Origin: Actinomycetota bacterium
GTDB lineage: Bacteria; Actinomycetota; Acidimicrobiia; Acidimicrobiales; Ilumatobacteraceae
Assembly: GCA_009920715.1 (NCBI GenBank)
Contig: RFZO01000001.1
Span: 1-52,105 of the forward strand
Reading direction: 5' to 3'
Length of the DNA stretch: 52,105 bases
The translations under genes and the position numbers were made by a program. The notes under the pieces are model-generated. The model was not told where the DNA came from and did not search any database. It saw only the letters and a program-made list of their open reading frames with translations. This document shows positions 28,713 to 38,507 of the stretch, piece by piece. Within the stretch, counting starts at the first letter, position 1; every line of letters starts with the position of its first letter.

Positions 28713-29092
28713 AGGCCGTCGACACCTCGGCTCTCGTCGAGTTCCTCCTGAACACCGAGAGGTTCGCGGCCGCGTCGGACTATTTCGACGACGAACTCAT
28801 CGCCACCGACCTCGTCGTCCCGGAATCGCTGAACGCACTGCGCAAGATTGCCCTCCGTCACCCGAGGACGGCGCGTCGGGTGGACCGGTCCGTCGAGGTT
28901 CTCGGGCAGCTCCCCATCGACTTCGTCCCCCTGCAGGCGCTCACCGACGAGATCTGGCGCATGCGCGGCACGGTGACGCCGTACGACGCAGCGCATGTTG
29001 CCGTGGCCAGGGCCGCGGGTTGCGCGTTGCTCACGGCTGACGCCCGGCTCGCGAGGTCCGTGCCCGACGGGACATCGATCATCCTCGTCTGA
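28709..29092 (+). CDS. vapC: PIN-domain ribonuclease toxin VapC
   Basis: 127 aa. Acidic PIN residues sit in context (VDTS, PESL, TPYDAAH, LLTADARL). Start refined to ATG 28709. Confidence 0.8.
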   Translation: MKAVDTSALVEFLLNTERFAAASDYFDDELIATDLVVPESLNALRKIALRHPRTARRVDRSVEVLGQLPIDFVPLQALTDEIWRMRGTVTPYDAAHVAVARAAGCALLTADARLARSVPDGTSIILV

Positions 29093-29094
29093 AC

Positions 29095-29171
<77 letters not shown>

Positions 29172-29201
29172 ATGTGGGGCGAAGTGTACCGAGGCCCGGT
29201 T

Positions 29202-30452
29202 TCAGCGTGCCGCATGCGAGCCGAGCAGTTGCTTTCGCAGGAAGTCGAGCGCGGTGATGACGCTCATCTGGCGCATCTGGTCGCGCACGCCGGGAAGCAT
29301 GGCGGTGGTCGTCACGGTGGAGCCGTCGGGGAAGGCAGCCGCCACGCACAGGGTGCCGGCGGGCCGTCCGTCCTGCTCGTCGGGTCCTGCGACACCCGTG
29401 AGGGCGAGGGCAACGTCGCACCCGAGCACCCGCCTCGCACCGGCGGCCATCTCCGCCGCGGCACCCTCGGAGACGACGGGACCCGGCGTCACCCCGAGCA
29501 CGCCGAACTTCACGTCGCTCGCGTAGCTGATGACCCCGCCCCGGAAGACGCGCGAGGACCCCGCCACGTTCGTGAGCCGTCCGCCCACCAGCCCGCCCGT
29601 CACCGACTCGGCCACACCGAACGTCCAGCTGCGCTGCTCCAGGAGCGCCAACACCACCGATTCCATGGTGTCGTCGTCGGTTCCGAAGACGATGTCCCCT
29701 ATCTCGGCCCGCACCCTGCGGTCCCACGCGTCGAGAGTGCGCGACGCCGACGCGGAATCGGGAGCCTTGACGGTGAGGCGCACCTTGATGCCCTCCCAGC
29801 CGCTCGCGAGGAAGGCGAGCGTGGGGTTGCCGATGCGGTCCAGTTCGTCGATGATGTCGTCCAACCGCTCGTTCAGGCGCGACTCGCTCTCGCCCCACGT
29901 GCGCAGGACGCGGCTCTTGATGACCGCCCTCTCACCGCTGCGGGCGAGCAGGTCGGGCAGGATCGCCCGCTCGAACATGTCCTTCATCTCGTGCGGCACG
30001 CCGGGGACCGCGTAGATGACCTTCTCGCCCACCGGGCACACGAGACCCGGCGCCGTCCCGCGGGTCTGGGCGATCACTGCCGCACCGGCGGGAACGAGCG
30101 CCTGGCGGAGGTTGTTGTCCGACATCACCCTGCCGCGGCGCGCGAACATCTCGCGGATGACCCCCGCCACGGACTCGTCATGCACGAGCTCGGTGCCCAT
30201 GATGGAGGCGATGGCCTCCCGTGTGAGGTCGTCGTGGGTGGGCCCCAGCCCGCCGCAGATGATCACCGCGTCGGCATCCACGAGCGCGACAGCGATGGCA
30301 TCCTCCATCCGGACGAGGTTGTCCCCCACCTTCAGCTGCAGGTGCGACTCGATGCCGGCGGCGGCGAGCTGCTCACCGAGCCAGGACGAGTTGGTGTCGT
30401 TGATCTGGCCGAGCAGCAGTTCGGTGCCGATGGCGACCACGTTGCACCTCAT
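29202..30452 (-). CDS. cinA: CinA (competence/damage-inducible; MoCF-like domain plus PncC NMN amidohydrolase domain)
   Basis: 416 aa. MRCNVVAIGTELLLGQINDTNSSWL...GGLGPTHDDLT, and the C-terminal ESVTGGL motif. ATGA overlap with the upstream MFS gene. The 505-aa ORF-track form is rejected. Confidence 0.85.
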   Translation of the reverse strand: MRCNVVAIGTELLLGQINDTNSSWLGEQLAAAGIESHLQLKVGDNLVRMEDAIAVALVDADAVIICGGLGPTHDDLTREAIASIMGTELVHDESVAGVIREMFARRGRVMSDNNLRQALVPAGAAVIAQTRGTAPGLVCPVGEKVIYAVPGVPHEMKDMFERAILPDLLARSGERAVIKSRVLRTWGESESRLNERLDDIIDELDRIGNPTLAFLASGWEGIKVRLTVKAPDSASASRTLDAWDRRVRAEIGDIVFGTDDDTMESVVLALLEQRSWTFGVAESVTGGLVGGRLTNVAGSSRVFRGGVISYASDVKFGVLGVTPGPVVSEGAAAEMAAGARRVLGCDVALALTGVAGPDEQDGRPAGTLCVAAAFPDGSTVTTTAMLPGVRDQMRQMSVITALDFLRKQLLGSHAAR

Positions 30453-31729
30453 GCCGCCACGGTCCTCCGCTCGGAGAGCATCAACCAGTACGCGCCCACC
30501 ATGAGCAGACCGACAGCCACGAGCCCCATCACGGAGAGGATGTGGTACCCGACGGCACGCCGGATGAACCCCGACGAGAGCCCCGCGATCCCGCCGCAGA
30601 GGCTCATCATGAGGTCCGCCGAGCCCTGCACCGTGACGCGTTCGCTGTCGGGAACGGACTCGAGGAGCATGGTGGACCCGCCGATCAGGCCGAAGTTCCA
30701 GCCGATGCCGAGCAGCCACAGCGCCGGGAACACGATGACCGGTCCGTCACCGCTGAGCGACGACGACACGGTGGCCGCGATGAGAATCGCCGCCCCGAGG
30801 CGCACCGCGGCGAGGGTGCCCTTCTCGGCGGTGTACCGGCCGACGAGCGGGCTGAACGCGTACATCCCGGCGATGTGCAGGGACACCACGTACTGGCTGA
30901 GCGTCTCATGCCCGTGCAGCTTCATGTGCACCGGGGTCATCGTCATGATGGCGACCATCGCGACCTGGGAGACCACCATCGACCCGAGCGCCAACCGCCC
31001 CCTCTCGGTGGCGGTGACGATCCGGAGGGCCGCGGCGATGGACGGAAGTTTCTCGTCGACACTCGAGCGGATGCCCCCCGACACCACGAGCGGGTCGGGC
31101 CGCAGGCGGAGGGAGATGTTCGTGAACGCCAGCAGTAACACGCACGAGGCGAAGATCCATGGGCCGGTGTACTTGTGCCAGCCGAACGCGGTCTCGCCGG
31201 CCCACTGCGCGGGACCGATGAGGATCGGCCCGAACACCGCGCCGAACGTGGACGCGAACACGATGCGGCTCATGGCGCGCGACCGGTCGTCGGGGCTGGC
31301 CAGGTCGGTCGCCGCATAGCGCGCGAGGAGATTGGACGCCTGGCCGCTGCCGAACAGGAACAGACCCGCCAGGAACACCACGAGCACCGAGTGCTCCGCC
31401 CCGATGCCGGCGGCGACGGCGCCGCACGTGGCGAGCCCGTACCCGACCTGCATCCCGGGCCGGCGCCCCCTGCGCAGCATCATCCGCGACAGCACCTGCG
31501 ACATGAACGCCCCGCCCACCGTGACGGTCGCCGTTGCGATGCCGCCCCACGGGGTCTTCTGCCCCAGTATCTCCTGGATGACGTACGCCCCCACGGTGAC
31601 GGCACTGGACATGGACGCCGAGCCGACGACCTGGCCCACCGTGAGCGTGCGCAGCGTGCGGCGCTGGAGTGCCGCGCGCCCGGCGTCGTCGAGCTGCTGC
31701 GTCACCGCATCACCGCGCCCTGACCGCAT
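30449..31729 (-). CDS. MFS transporter
   Basis: About 12 hydrophobic helices. The start is uncertain: 31729 overlaps pgsA by 20 nt, and GTG 31705 is an alternative. Confidence 0.7.
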   Translation of the reverse strand: MRSGRGDAVTQQLDDAGRAALQRRTLRTLTVGQVVGSASMSSAVTVGAYVIQEILGQKTPWGGIATATVTVGGAFMSQVLSRMMLRRGRRPGMQVGYGLATCGAVAAGIGAEHSVLVVFLAGLFLFGSGQASNLLARYAATDLASPDDRSRAMSRIVFASTFGAVFGPILIGPAQWAGETAFGWHKYTGPWIFASCVLLLAFTNISLRLRPDPLVVSGGIRSSVDEKLPSIAAALRIVTATERGRLALGSMVVSQVAMVAIMTMTPVHMKLHGHETLSQYVVSLHIAGMYAFSPLVGRYTAEKGTLAAVRLGAAILIAATVSSSLSGDGPVIVFPALWLLGIGWNFGLIGGSTMLLESVPDSERVTVQGSADLMMSLCGGIAGLSSGFIRRAVGYHILSVMGLVAVGLLMVGAYWLMLSERRTVAA

Positions 31730-32252
31730 GCACCGCGTACTGGAGGCCGGTGATGATCGTCAATGCGACGGCGGCCCACAGGAACGACAGCCACAGCCAC
31801 GTCGCGTCGGTGGTGGTCATGGGCGCGATCGCGAACCCCACGGCCAGTTGCTGGAAGAGCGTCTTCCACTTCGCAAGTTTCGTGGCGGGCACCGACACCC
31901 CCTTCGATCCCACAACCACGCGGTAGGCACTGACGAGGATCTCGCGGCCCGCGATGATGCTGACGGGAAGGAGCCAGAAGATCCCGCGGCTGACCAGCGT
32001 GAACATGGCACCCAGAATGAGGATCTTGTCTGCCAGCGGGTCGAGGAACGCCCCGCTGCGCGTGGTGCCGTGACGGCGGGCGAGGTGACCGTCGATGCCG
32101 TCGGAGGAGCACAGGACCACCCACAGCGCGAGGGCGACCCACGAGCCGCGGCTGTCGCTCGGGAGTATGGCGAAGAGGAACGGGGACGCGAGGACCCGCG
32201 TGACGGTGACGACGTTCGCCCAGGTGGCAATGGCTGACTCGTCGACGGGCAT
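31710..32252 (-). CDS. pgsA: CDP-diacylglycerol--glycerol-3-phosphate 3-phosphatidyltransferase
   Basis: 180 aa with the CDP-alcohol phosphatidyltransferase motif DGIDGHLARR...GAFLDPLADK. Confidence 0.85.
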   Translation of the reverse strand: MPVDESAIATWANVVTVTRVLASPFLFAILPSDSRGSWVALALWVVLCSSDGIDGHLARRHGTTRSGAFLDPLADKILILGAMFTLVSRGIFWLLPVSIIAGREILVSAYRVVVGSKGVSVPATKLAKWKTLFQQLAVGFAIAPMTTTDATWLWLSFLWAAVALTIITGLQYAVHAVRAR

Positions 32253-32255
32253 GCC

Positions 32256-33533
32256 CTAGTCCACCAGATTCGCGCCGGCCGCGATGAGATCGGGGCCGAA
32301 CACCTGGACGATCTCCACGTCATGGAACTCGCCCGGCGCGAGGTCGTCGGCCACCTGGACCACGCCGTCGATCTCGGGGGCCTCGCGGAACGACCGCCCG
32401 ATGCCGGGTTCGTCCACCAGCACCCGGACGGTCTCGCCGAGCAGGGAGTCCCGTCGCAGCGCGGTGATCGAGTCCTGCACCTCCCGCAGCTCCGCGATGC
32501 GCTCGTTCATCAGCCCCGTGGGCACATGGTCGGGCAGGCCGAGGGCGTGGGTGCCATCCTCCGGGCTGAACGTGAAGAAGCCGCACCAGTCCAGCTGGGC
32601 CTGCTCGACGAAACGGAGCAGTTCGTCGTGGTCCTCCTCCGTCTCGCCCGGATACCCGACGATGAAGTTGGAACGGAACACCGCGTCCGGCTCCAGCGCC
32701 CTGATCCGGTTGATCCGCTCGAGGAACCTGCCGCCGTCTCCCCACCGCCGCATCCTGCGCAGGTGGGGCTTGCTCACGTGCTGCAGGGAGAGGTCGAAGT
32801 ACGGCACGCCGGTGGCGAGCATCGCGTCGATGAGCCCGTCGGAGAGGTCGCTCGGGTACAGGTACAGCAGGCGCACCCAGTCGACCATCCCCGCCACCGC
32901 TTCCACGAGGGGCACGATGGACCCGGCACCCAGTTCGTCCGGCCGGTCCTTGCCGTAACTGGCGAGATCCTGGGCGACGAGCACGATCTCGCGCGCACCC
33001 GTCTGCTCCACCTCGGCGAGGATCGCGTCGACGTCGCGGCTGCGCTGCGGCCCGCGGAAGCTGGGGATGGCACAGAACCCACAGTTGCGGTCGCACCCCT
33101 CGGCGATCTTCACATACGCCCACGGCGCGGCCGACTTGGGCCGCGGGAGGTTGAGCAGGTCGAACGACGGCACCGCCGCGCTGACCGCGATCGGCTTGCG
33201 CCCGAGCTGGATGGGCACGCCGAACCCCGCGATCTGGTCGGCCTCGGGCATCGCCTCGGCGAGCTCCTCCCCGTAGCGCTCGGCCATGCAGCCCGTGACC
33301 ACCAGCCGAGAGGACTTCTTGCGCTGGTCGTCCAGCACGAGCAGGGTGTCGATGCTCTCCTGGCGCGCCTCCTCGATGAACGCGCACGTGTTCACCACCA
33401 CCACGTCGGCCTTCGTCGGGTCGTCAGTGGCCACGAGTCCCTGCGCGAGGAGGGTTCCGGCGATCTTCTCCGAGTCGACCTGGTTCTTCGGGCAGCCGAG
33501 CGTCTCGATGTAGTAACGCTGCGCCATCGGCAC
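32256..33533 (-). CDS. rimO: ribosomal protein S12 methylthiotransferase RimO (radical SAM MTTase)
   Basis: YYIETLGCPKNQVDSE N-terminus, CDRNCGFCAIP radical-SAM cluster, and a C-terminal TRAM-like region. The start is GTG 33533 or ATG 33527. Confidence 0.8.
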   Translation of the reverse strand: MPMAQRYYIETLGCPKNQVDSEKIAGTLLAQGLVATDDPTKADVVVVNTCAFIEEARQESIDTLLVLDDQRKKSSRLVVTGCMAERYGEELAEAMPEADQIAGFGVPIQLGRKPIAVSAAVPSFDLLNLPRPKSAAPWAYVKIAEGCDRNCGFCAIPSFRGPQRSRDVDAILAEVEQTGAREIVLVAQDLASYGKDRPDELGAGSIVPLVEAVAGMVDWVRLLYLYPSDLSDGLIDAMLATGVPYFDLSLQHVSKPHLRRMRRWGDGGRFLERINRIRALEPDAVFRSNFIVGYPGETEEDHDELLRFVEQAQLDWCGFFTFSPEDGTHALGLPDHVPTGLMNERIAELREVQDSITALRRDSLLGETVRVLVDEPGIGRSFREAPEIDGVVQVADDLAPGEFHDVEIVQVFGPDLIAAGANLVD

Positions 33534-33537
33534 GAGC

Positions 33538-34467
33538 CTACTGATAGTTCAGACGCAGCCCCCCGTAAGGCCACTTCATGCGCAGCAACTGCCCCGTGGA
33601 CGACACGGTGACGTACGCGGTGCCCCAGTCCGGACCGCCGAAACAGATGTTGGTCGTGATCCGGTCGTCGGTGGCGACGAAGTCGATGACCTCGCCCGCG
33701 GGCGAGATGACGGTGACCCCGCCGTTGACGAGCGTGGCGACACAGATGTTGCCGGCGGCGTCAACTGCCAGCGAGTCGAACAACTGGTAACCGGGGAGTC
33801 CGCACAGCATCACGGGCACCTCCGGGCTGATCGGCGCGACCTTGCCCGGTGCGGTCACCTCGCGCTGGTAGACGCGGCCAGTGTGCGTCTCGGCCCAGTA
33901 CACCCTGTCCCCCGCCGGCGAGAGACCGATGCCGTTCGGCGAGTCCACGGGAAAAACGACCTCCTCGATGTGCGAGCCGTCGGCCTTCGCGTAGTAGATG
34001 CCGGTGCGGTCGGCGGTGCGGTGGTGACGGATGCCGTGATCGGTGAACCAGAAGCCACCGTGCGCGTCGAACACGAGGTCGTTCGGGGCGCGCAGCGCCA
34101 CGTCGCCGCAGTGCGTGTACAGGTCGGTCACCTCGCCGGTCGCGATGTCCACCTTCTGGATGCGGCCGCCGATGTACTTCGCCGGGTCGAACTCGCCGGG
34201 ATACAGCAACCCGCCCATCTCGAGCGGCGTGAACGCACCGCCGTTGTTGCAGAGGTAGAGATGGCCGTCGGGACCGGGGGCAAGACCGTTCGGCAGGCCG
34301 ACGATGTCGGCAACCTTGGTCTTCGTGCCGTCGGGTGCCACGCGGGTGAGGCAGTGGCCGAACATCTCGGTGAGGATGACGCTGCCGTCCGGCATGGCCA
34401 CCGGCCCCTCGGGGAACCGAAGTCCCGTGGTCACGGTCTCAAGTGCCGGATTGGCCATGTGCATCAC
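33538..34467 (-). CDS. SMP-30/gluconolactonase/LRE-family beta-propeller protein
   Basis: 309 aa with GLRFPEGPVAMPDGSVILTE and repeated PNG/PND blade motifs. The start overlaps the ftsK stop. Confidence 0.75.
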   Translation of the reverse strand: MMHMANPALETVTTGLRFPEGPVAMPDGSVILTEMFGHCLTRVAPDGTKTKVADIVGLPNGLAPGPDGHLYLCNNGGAFTPLEMGGLLYPGEFDPAKYIGGRIQKVDIATGEVTDLYTHCGDVALRAPNDLVFDAHGGFWFTDHGIRHHRTADRTGIYYAKADGSHIEEVVFPVDSPNGIGLSPAGDRVYWAETHTGRVYQREVTAPGKVAPISPEVPVMLCGLPGYQLFDSLAVDAAGNICVATLVNGGVTVISPAGEVIDFVATDDRITTNICFGGPDWGTAYVTVSSTGQLLRMKWPYGGLRLNYQ

Positions 34468-36854
34468 CCCATTGCGTCGAGTTCCTCCACCGTCATTAGC
34501 ACGGCGCGGGCCTTGGACCCCTCACTGGGGCCGACCACGCCCCTCTCCTCGAGTTCGTCCATCAGGCGCCCCGCGCGGGCGAAACCGATCTTCAGCTTGC
34601 GCTGGAGCAGGGAGGTGCTGCCGAGGCCAGACCGCACGACGATGTCGATGGCGCGGCGCACGAGATCGTCGTCACCGCCGTCGTTGCCGCCGAAGAGTCC
34701 GGGCTGGCCGCTGCCGCCGCCGTCGCCCTCCCCCTCGATGCCGCTGACGTAGACCACCTCGGGGGCCTGGCGCCGCCAGTGGGCCACCACCTGGCGCACT
34801 TCCTCCTCGTCCACCCACGAACCCTGGATGCGCTGCGGGATGTTCGTGTTGCCGGGCAGGAGCAGCATGTCGCCCTTACCGACCAGCTTCTCCGCGCCCG
34901 GCTGGTCGAGGATGACGCGGCTGTCGGTGAGCGACGAGACCGCGAACGCCATGCGCGCGGGGATGTTCGCCTTGATGACCCCGGTGATGACGTTCACGCT
35001 GGGGCGCTGCGTGGCGACGATGAGGTGGATGCCCACCGCGCGCGCCTTCTGGGCGATGCGCGTGATGCACTCCTCCACGTCGCGCGCCGCGACCATCATG
35101 AGGTCGTTCAGCTCGTCGACGACCACGACGATGAACGGGAGGCGCTCGTACGGCGGGAAGCCCTCGCGCTCCTGCACCACTTCCCCGCGGTCGAACGCCT
35201 GGTTGTAGCCGCCGATGTCGCGGAAGCCCACCTCGACGAGCAGGTCGTAGCGGCGCTCCATCTCCTTGACGGCCCACCCGAGTGCGTTGGCCGCCTTCTT
35301 CGGGTTGGTCACAGGGGCCGTGAGCAGGTGGGGCAGGCGCGCGTACTGGCCCATCTCGACCTGCTTCGGGTCGATGAGGATGAGCCGCACCTGGTCGGGC
35401 GTGGACCGCATGAGCAGCGACGTGAGGATGGAGTTGATGCCGCTGGACTTGCCCGCGCCGGTGGCGCCGGCGATGAGCATGTGCGGCGTGCTCGCGAGGT
35501 TCATGAACACGGCGCGACCCGCGATGTCCTTGCCGACCGCGACCTCGAGCGGGTGCGAGGCGGCCTTTGCCTCGGGCGACACCATGAGGTCACCGAGCGA
35601 GACGAGCTGGCGCGATTCGTTCGGCACCTCCACCCCGATCGCCGACTTGCCCGGGATGGGGGCCAGGATGCGCACGTCGGTGGCGGCCATGGAGTACGCG
35701 ATGTCGCGGTTGAGACTGGTGACCTTGGCGACCTTCACGCCGGCGCCGAGCTCCAGTTCGAAGCGGGTGACGGTGGGCCCGACCGTCATGCCGAGCAGGC
35801 GGGTCTCGACTCCGTGCGAGGCGAGCGCCTCCTCGAGCAGTCTCCCCCGCTCGGCAACGCGCGCCTTGTTGACCTCGTGCACCTCGGTGAGGCCGAGCAG
35901 TTCGGTGCCGGGCAGCACCCACTCGCCCGGCGACGCGGGCACGGCGGGGTTGATGAGCGGATCCTCGCCCCTGTGCTTCATGCCCGGCTTCTGGTGGAAC
36001 TCGGGGTCGACCGGTGCCGCGGCGGCAGGCTTGCGCGGACGGCGTTCCGGCTTCGGGGCGGGCTCGTCGTCGGCATAGTCGAAGATCTCGGGCGACTCGC
36101 GCCGGCGCCGCGGGGCGGGCGCAGGTGCGGGCTCCTCCTCGAGGTCGTACATGCCGGGCTGGCGGCGGCGCGTCTCGGCGCGCTCCTCGCGGGCCTTCAT
36201 GGCCTCGTCACGCGCGGCGTTCAGATGCGCGGCCCGCTTGCGGATGATGTCGATGAGCTCGGGCAGCGTGGTGTCGGTGATGAGCATGGTTCCCAGCACG
36301 CCTGCTGCCAACAGCACGACGAGTGCCCCTGCCCAGCTGACGGTGGTGCGCAGGGGCTCACCGATGATGGCGCCGAACCAGCCACCCGCCTGCGACATGG
36401 CGTCCACGCTGGCGACGATCTTGTCGGCACCGTTGACGAGGTGCAGGAACCCGAGAATGGCCAGCACGTTGATGCCCCAGCCGACCGACAGACGGACCCT
36501 GTGCTCGATGCTGCGCCGGCGCACCATGGCCACGCCGATCACGATGGTGATGACGGGGAGCGCGAAACGCCCGAGCCCGAACAACCAGCCGAACATCTTG
36601 TCGATGCCCGTGCCCAGCGGCCCGGCCATGTGGGCGTACATGGAGAGGATGAGGAGCAGGCCGAGGCTGACGAGGCCGATGCCCCAGAACTCGACCTCGC
36701 GGCCCTTCGTGACCTGGGCCAGGGAGGACTCGGAGGGCTTGCGTCCGGAATTGCCGGCGGGGCGGCGGCTGCCGGACGGCGGGGTCTTCACGCTGGAGCG
36801 ACCCGATGACCCACGCGATCCGGGGGACGACGAACGGGAACCCTTGTCAGACAT
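34464..36854 (-). CDS. ftsK: DNA translocase FtsK
   Basis: 796 aa. Ser/Arg-rich N-terminus, 4 TM segments, Pro-rich linker, motor domain with GATGAGKSS and VVVVDEL, and a C-terminal gamma (winged-helix) domain. Start taken at MSDKGS (ATG 36854), not 37109. Confidence 0.9.
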   Translation of the reverse strand: MSDKGSRSSSPGSRGSSGRSSVKTPPSGSRRPAGNSGRKPSESSLAQVTKGREVEFWGIGLVSLGLLLILSMYAHMAGPLGTGIDKMFGWLFGLGRFALPVITIVIGVAMVRRRSIEHRVRLSVGWGINVLAILGFLHLVNGADKIVASVDAMSQAGGWFGAIIGEPLRTTVSWAGALVVLLAAGVLGTMLITDTTLPELIDIIRKRAAHLNAARDEAMKAREERAETRRRQPGMYDLEEEPAPAPAPRRRRESPEIFDYADDEPAPKPERRPRKPAAAAPVDPEFHQKPGMKHRGEDPLINPAVPASPGEWVLPGTELLGLTEVHEVNKARVAERGRLLEEALASHGVETRLLGMTVGPTVTRFELELGAGVKVAKVTSLNRDIAYSMAATDVRILAPIPGKSAIGVEVPNESRQLVSLGDLMVSPEAKAASHPLEVAVGKDIAGRAVFMNLASTPHMLIAGATGAGKSSGINSILTSLLMRSTPDQVRLILIDPKQVEMGQYARLPHLLTAPVTNPKKAANALGWAVKEMERRYDLLVEVGFRDIGGYNQAFDRGEVVQEREGFPPYERLPFIVVVVDELNDLMMVAARDVEECITRIAQKARAVGIHLIVATQRPSVNVITGVIKANIPARMAFAVSSLTDSRVILDQPGAEKLVGKGDMLLLPGNTNIPQRIQGSWVDEEEVRQVVAHWRRQAPEVVYVSGIEGEGDGGGSGQPGLFGGNDGGDDDLVRRAIDIVVRSGLGSTSLLQRKLKIGFARAGRLMDELEERGVVGPSEGSKARAVLMTVEELDAMG

Positions 36855-36921
36855 GTGAAAAACGGTACTAGTGGGGTGTCCGCCGCGGACGGATACCCCC
36901 GTCGGTGCTGGGTTTGCGGCC

Positions 36922-38469
36922 CTAGATGTACGCCTCGATGAGACGCGGCCCCCGCTGGCGCATGGCACTGGCGAAGGCCGACTCGAACTCCTGCGGCGTG
37001 GAGACCCGCGTTGCCTCGACGCCCATGCCGTGGGCGAGGTCGACCCAGTTGAGCTCCGGATTGCCGAGGTCGAGCATCGACTGGGCCTTCTCCCCGCCCT
37101 TGCCCGCACCGGTGCGCATGAGCTCGATCTGGAGGATCCCGTACGAGCGGTTGGCGAAGATGACGGTGGTGACGTCGAGGTTCTCGCGTGCCTGCGTCCA
37201 GAGACTCTGCAGCGTGTACATGCCCCCGCCGTCCCCCTGCAGGCTCAGGACCTTGCGTCCGTCCGTGGCCGCGACACCTGCACCGGTGGCAACCGGGAGT
37301 CCCATTCCGATGGATCCACCCGTGAGCGAGAGGACGTCGTGCGGCACGGCGGTGGCGAGTGCCGCGGACGTGCCCGCGCCCTGGGTACCGCCCTCGCTGA
37401 CCACGATCGAGTGACCGGGCAGATGACGCGCAACCGACCGGCCGATCGCGAACTGGTCCCACTTGTCGCCCACAGTGTCGTCAACCCTGAACAAGGACGT
37501 CGCCGGGGTGACGGCGGAGACCCCGAGCGCATCCGCGAGCGCCTCCATCGCGCCCATTCCGTCCTCGTGCGCATGCGAGAGATGGAGCAGTTCCGTGTGC
37601 TCGGCCTTCCCCACGCTCGGCCTCCCGGGATAGGCGAAGAACGTGACGGGCGGCTTCGTGTTCACGAGCACCAGCACGTCGAGGCCGGAGAGGTACTCGA
37701 CGAGCTGCTCTGCGAAGTACGGCAACCGGGTGACGGGAACACGGCCGGCCCCCGCCTGCATCGCCGGTGCGAACGTGTCGGCCATCAACGTGACGTTGCC
37801 CGCGGTTGCGACCTTGCCGGCCGCGGCCAGCCCCCGCTCCTTCAGCACGTCGCCCCGCATCAGGATGCCGACCTTCCGGCCCGACCTCACCGCATCGGCC
37901 ACCTTCGCCACCGCATCGTCCGACACGGCCGATGGCCCCTGAACGGCGAGCGGCGCGGCGGGGACGCCTCCCTCGTTCCACGCGACGTCCGCGGGGAGGA
38001 TGAGCGTGGCGACCTGGCCCGGTGCCTGCATCGACGCATGCACTGCGCGTGCCGCATCGGCCCCGACCGACTCGGGACTGGTGGCGGTGTGCACCCAGCC
38101 CGACACCGGGCGGGCGAACCCGACGATGTCGGACGCGAGCGGGGCGTCGTGCTGCAGATGGTGGGTTGCGTGGTCACCGACGATGTTCACGACGGGCGTC
38201 TGGGCGCGGCGCGCGTTGTGGAGGTTGGCAAGACCGTTCGCCAGTCCCGGGCCGAGGTGGAGCAACGTGGCGGCGGGCTTGCCGGCGACGCGCGCGTACC
38301 CGTCGGCCATCCCGGTGACGACACCCTCGAACAGACCGAGCACCGGCCGCATGCCGGCGACGGTGTCGATGGCGGTGACGAGGTGCATCTCGGACGTGCC
38401 TGGGTTGGCGAAGCACACCTCCACCCCGGAGTCGACGAGTGTGGTGATGAGTGCCTGTGCCCCGTACAT
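36922..38469 (-). CDS. thiamine-pyrophosphate enzyme, acetolactate-synthase-large-subunit-like
   Basis: 515 aa with GVEVCFANPGTSEMH and GSIGMGLPVATGA...LQGDGGGMY (TPP motif). TAGGGT lies 6 nt upstream of the ATG (38476-38481). Confidence 0.8.
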   Translation of the reverse strand: MYGAQALITTLVDSGVEVCFANPGTSEMHLVTAIDTVAGMRPVLGLFEGVVTGMADGYARVAGKPAATLLHLGPGLANGLANLHNARRAQTPVVNIVGDHATHHLQHDAPLASDIVGFARPVSGWVHTATSPESVGADAARAVHASMQAPGQVATLILPADVAWNEGGVPAAPLAVQGPSAVSDDAVAKVADAVRSGRKVGILMRGDVLKERGLAAAGKVATAGNVTLMADTFAPAMQAGAGRVPVTRLPYFAEQLVEYLSGLDVLVLVNTKPPVTFFAYPGRPSVGKAEHTELLHLSHAHEDGMGAMEALADALGVSAVTPATSLFRVDDTVGDKWDQFAIGRSVARHLPGHSIVVSEGGTQGAGTSAALATAVPHDVLSLTGGSIGMGLPVATGAGVAATDGRKVLSLQGDGGGMYTLQSLWTQARENLDVTTVIFANRSYGILQIELMRTGAGKGGEKAQSMLDLGNPELNWVDLAHGMGVEATRVSTPQEFESAFASAMRQRGPRLIEAYI

Positions 38470-38507
38470 GGCGCCACCCTATTCCTGCCGCGGTGCGGCC
38501 CGGGCGG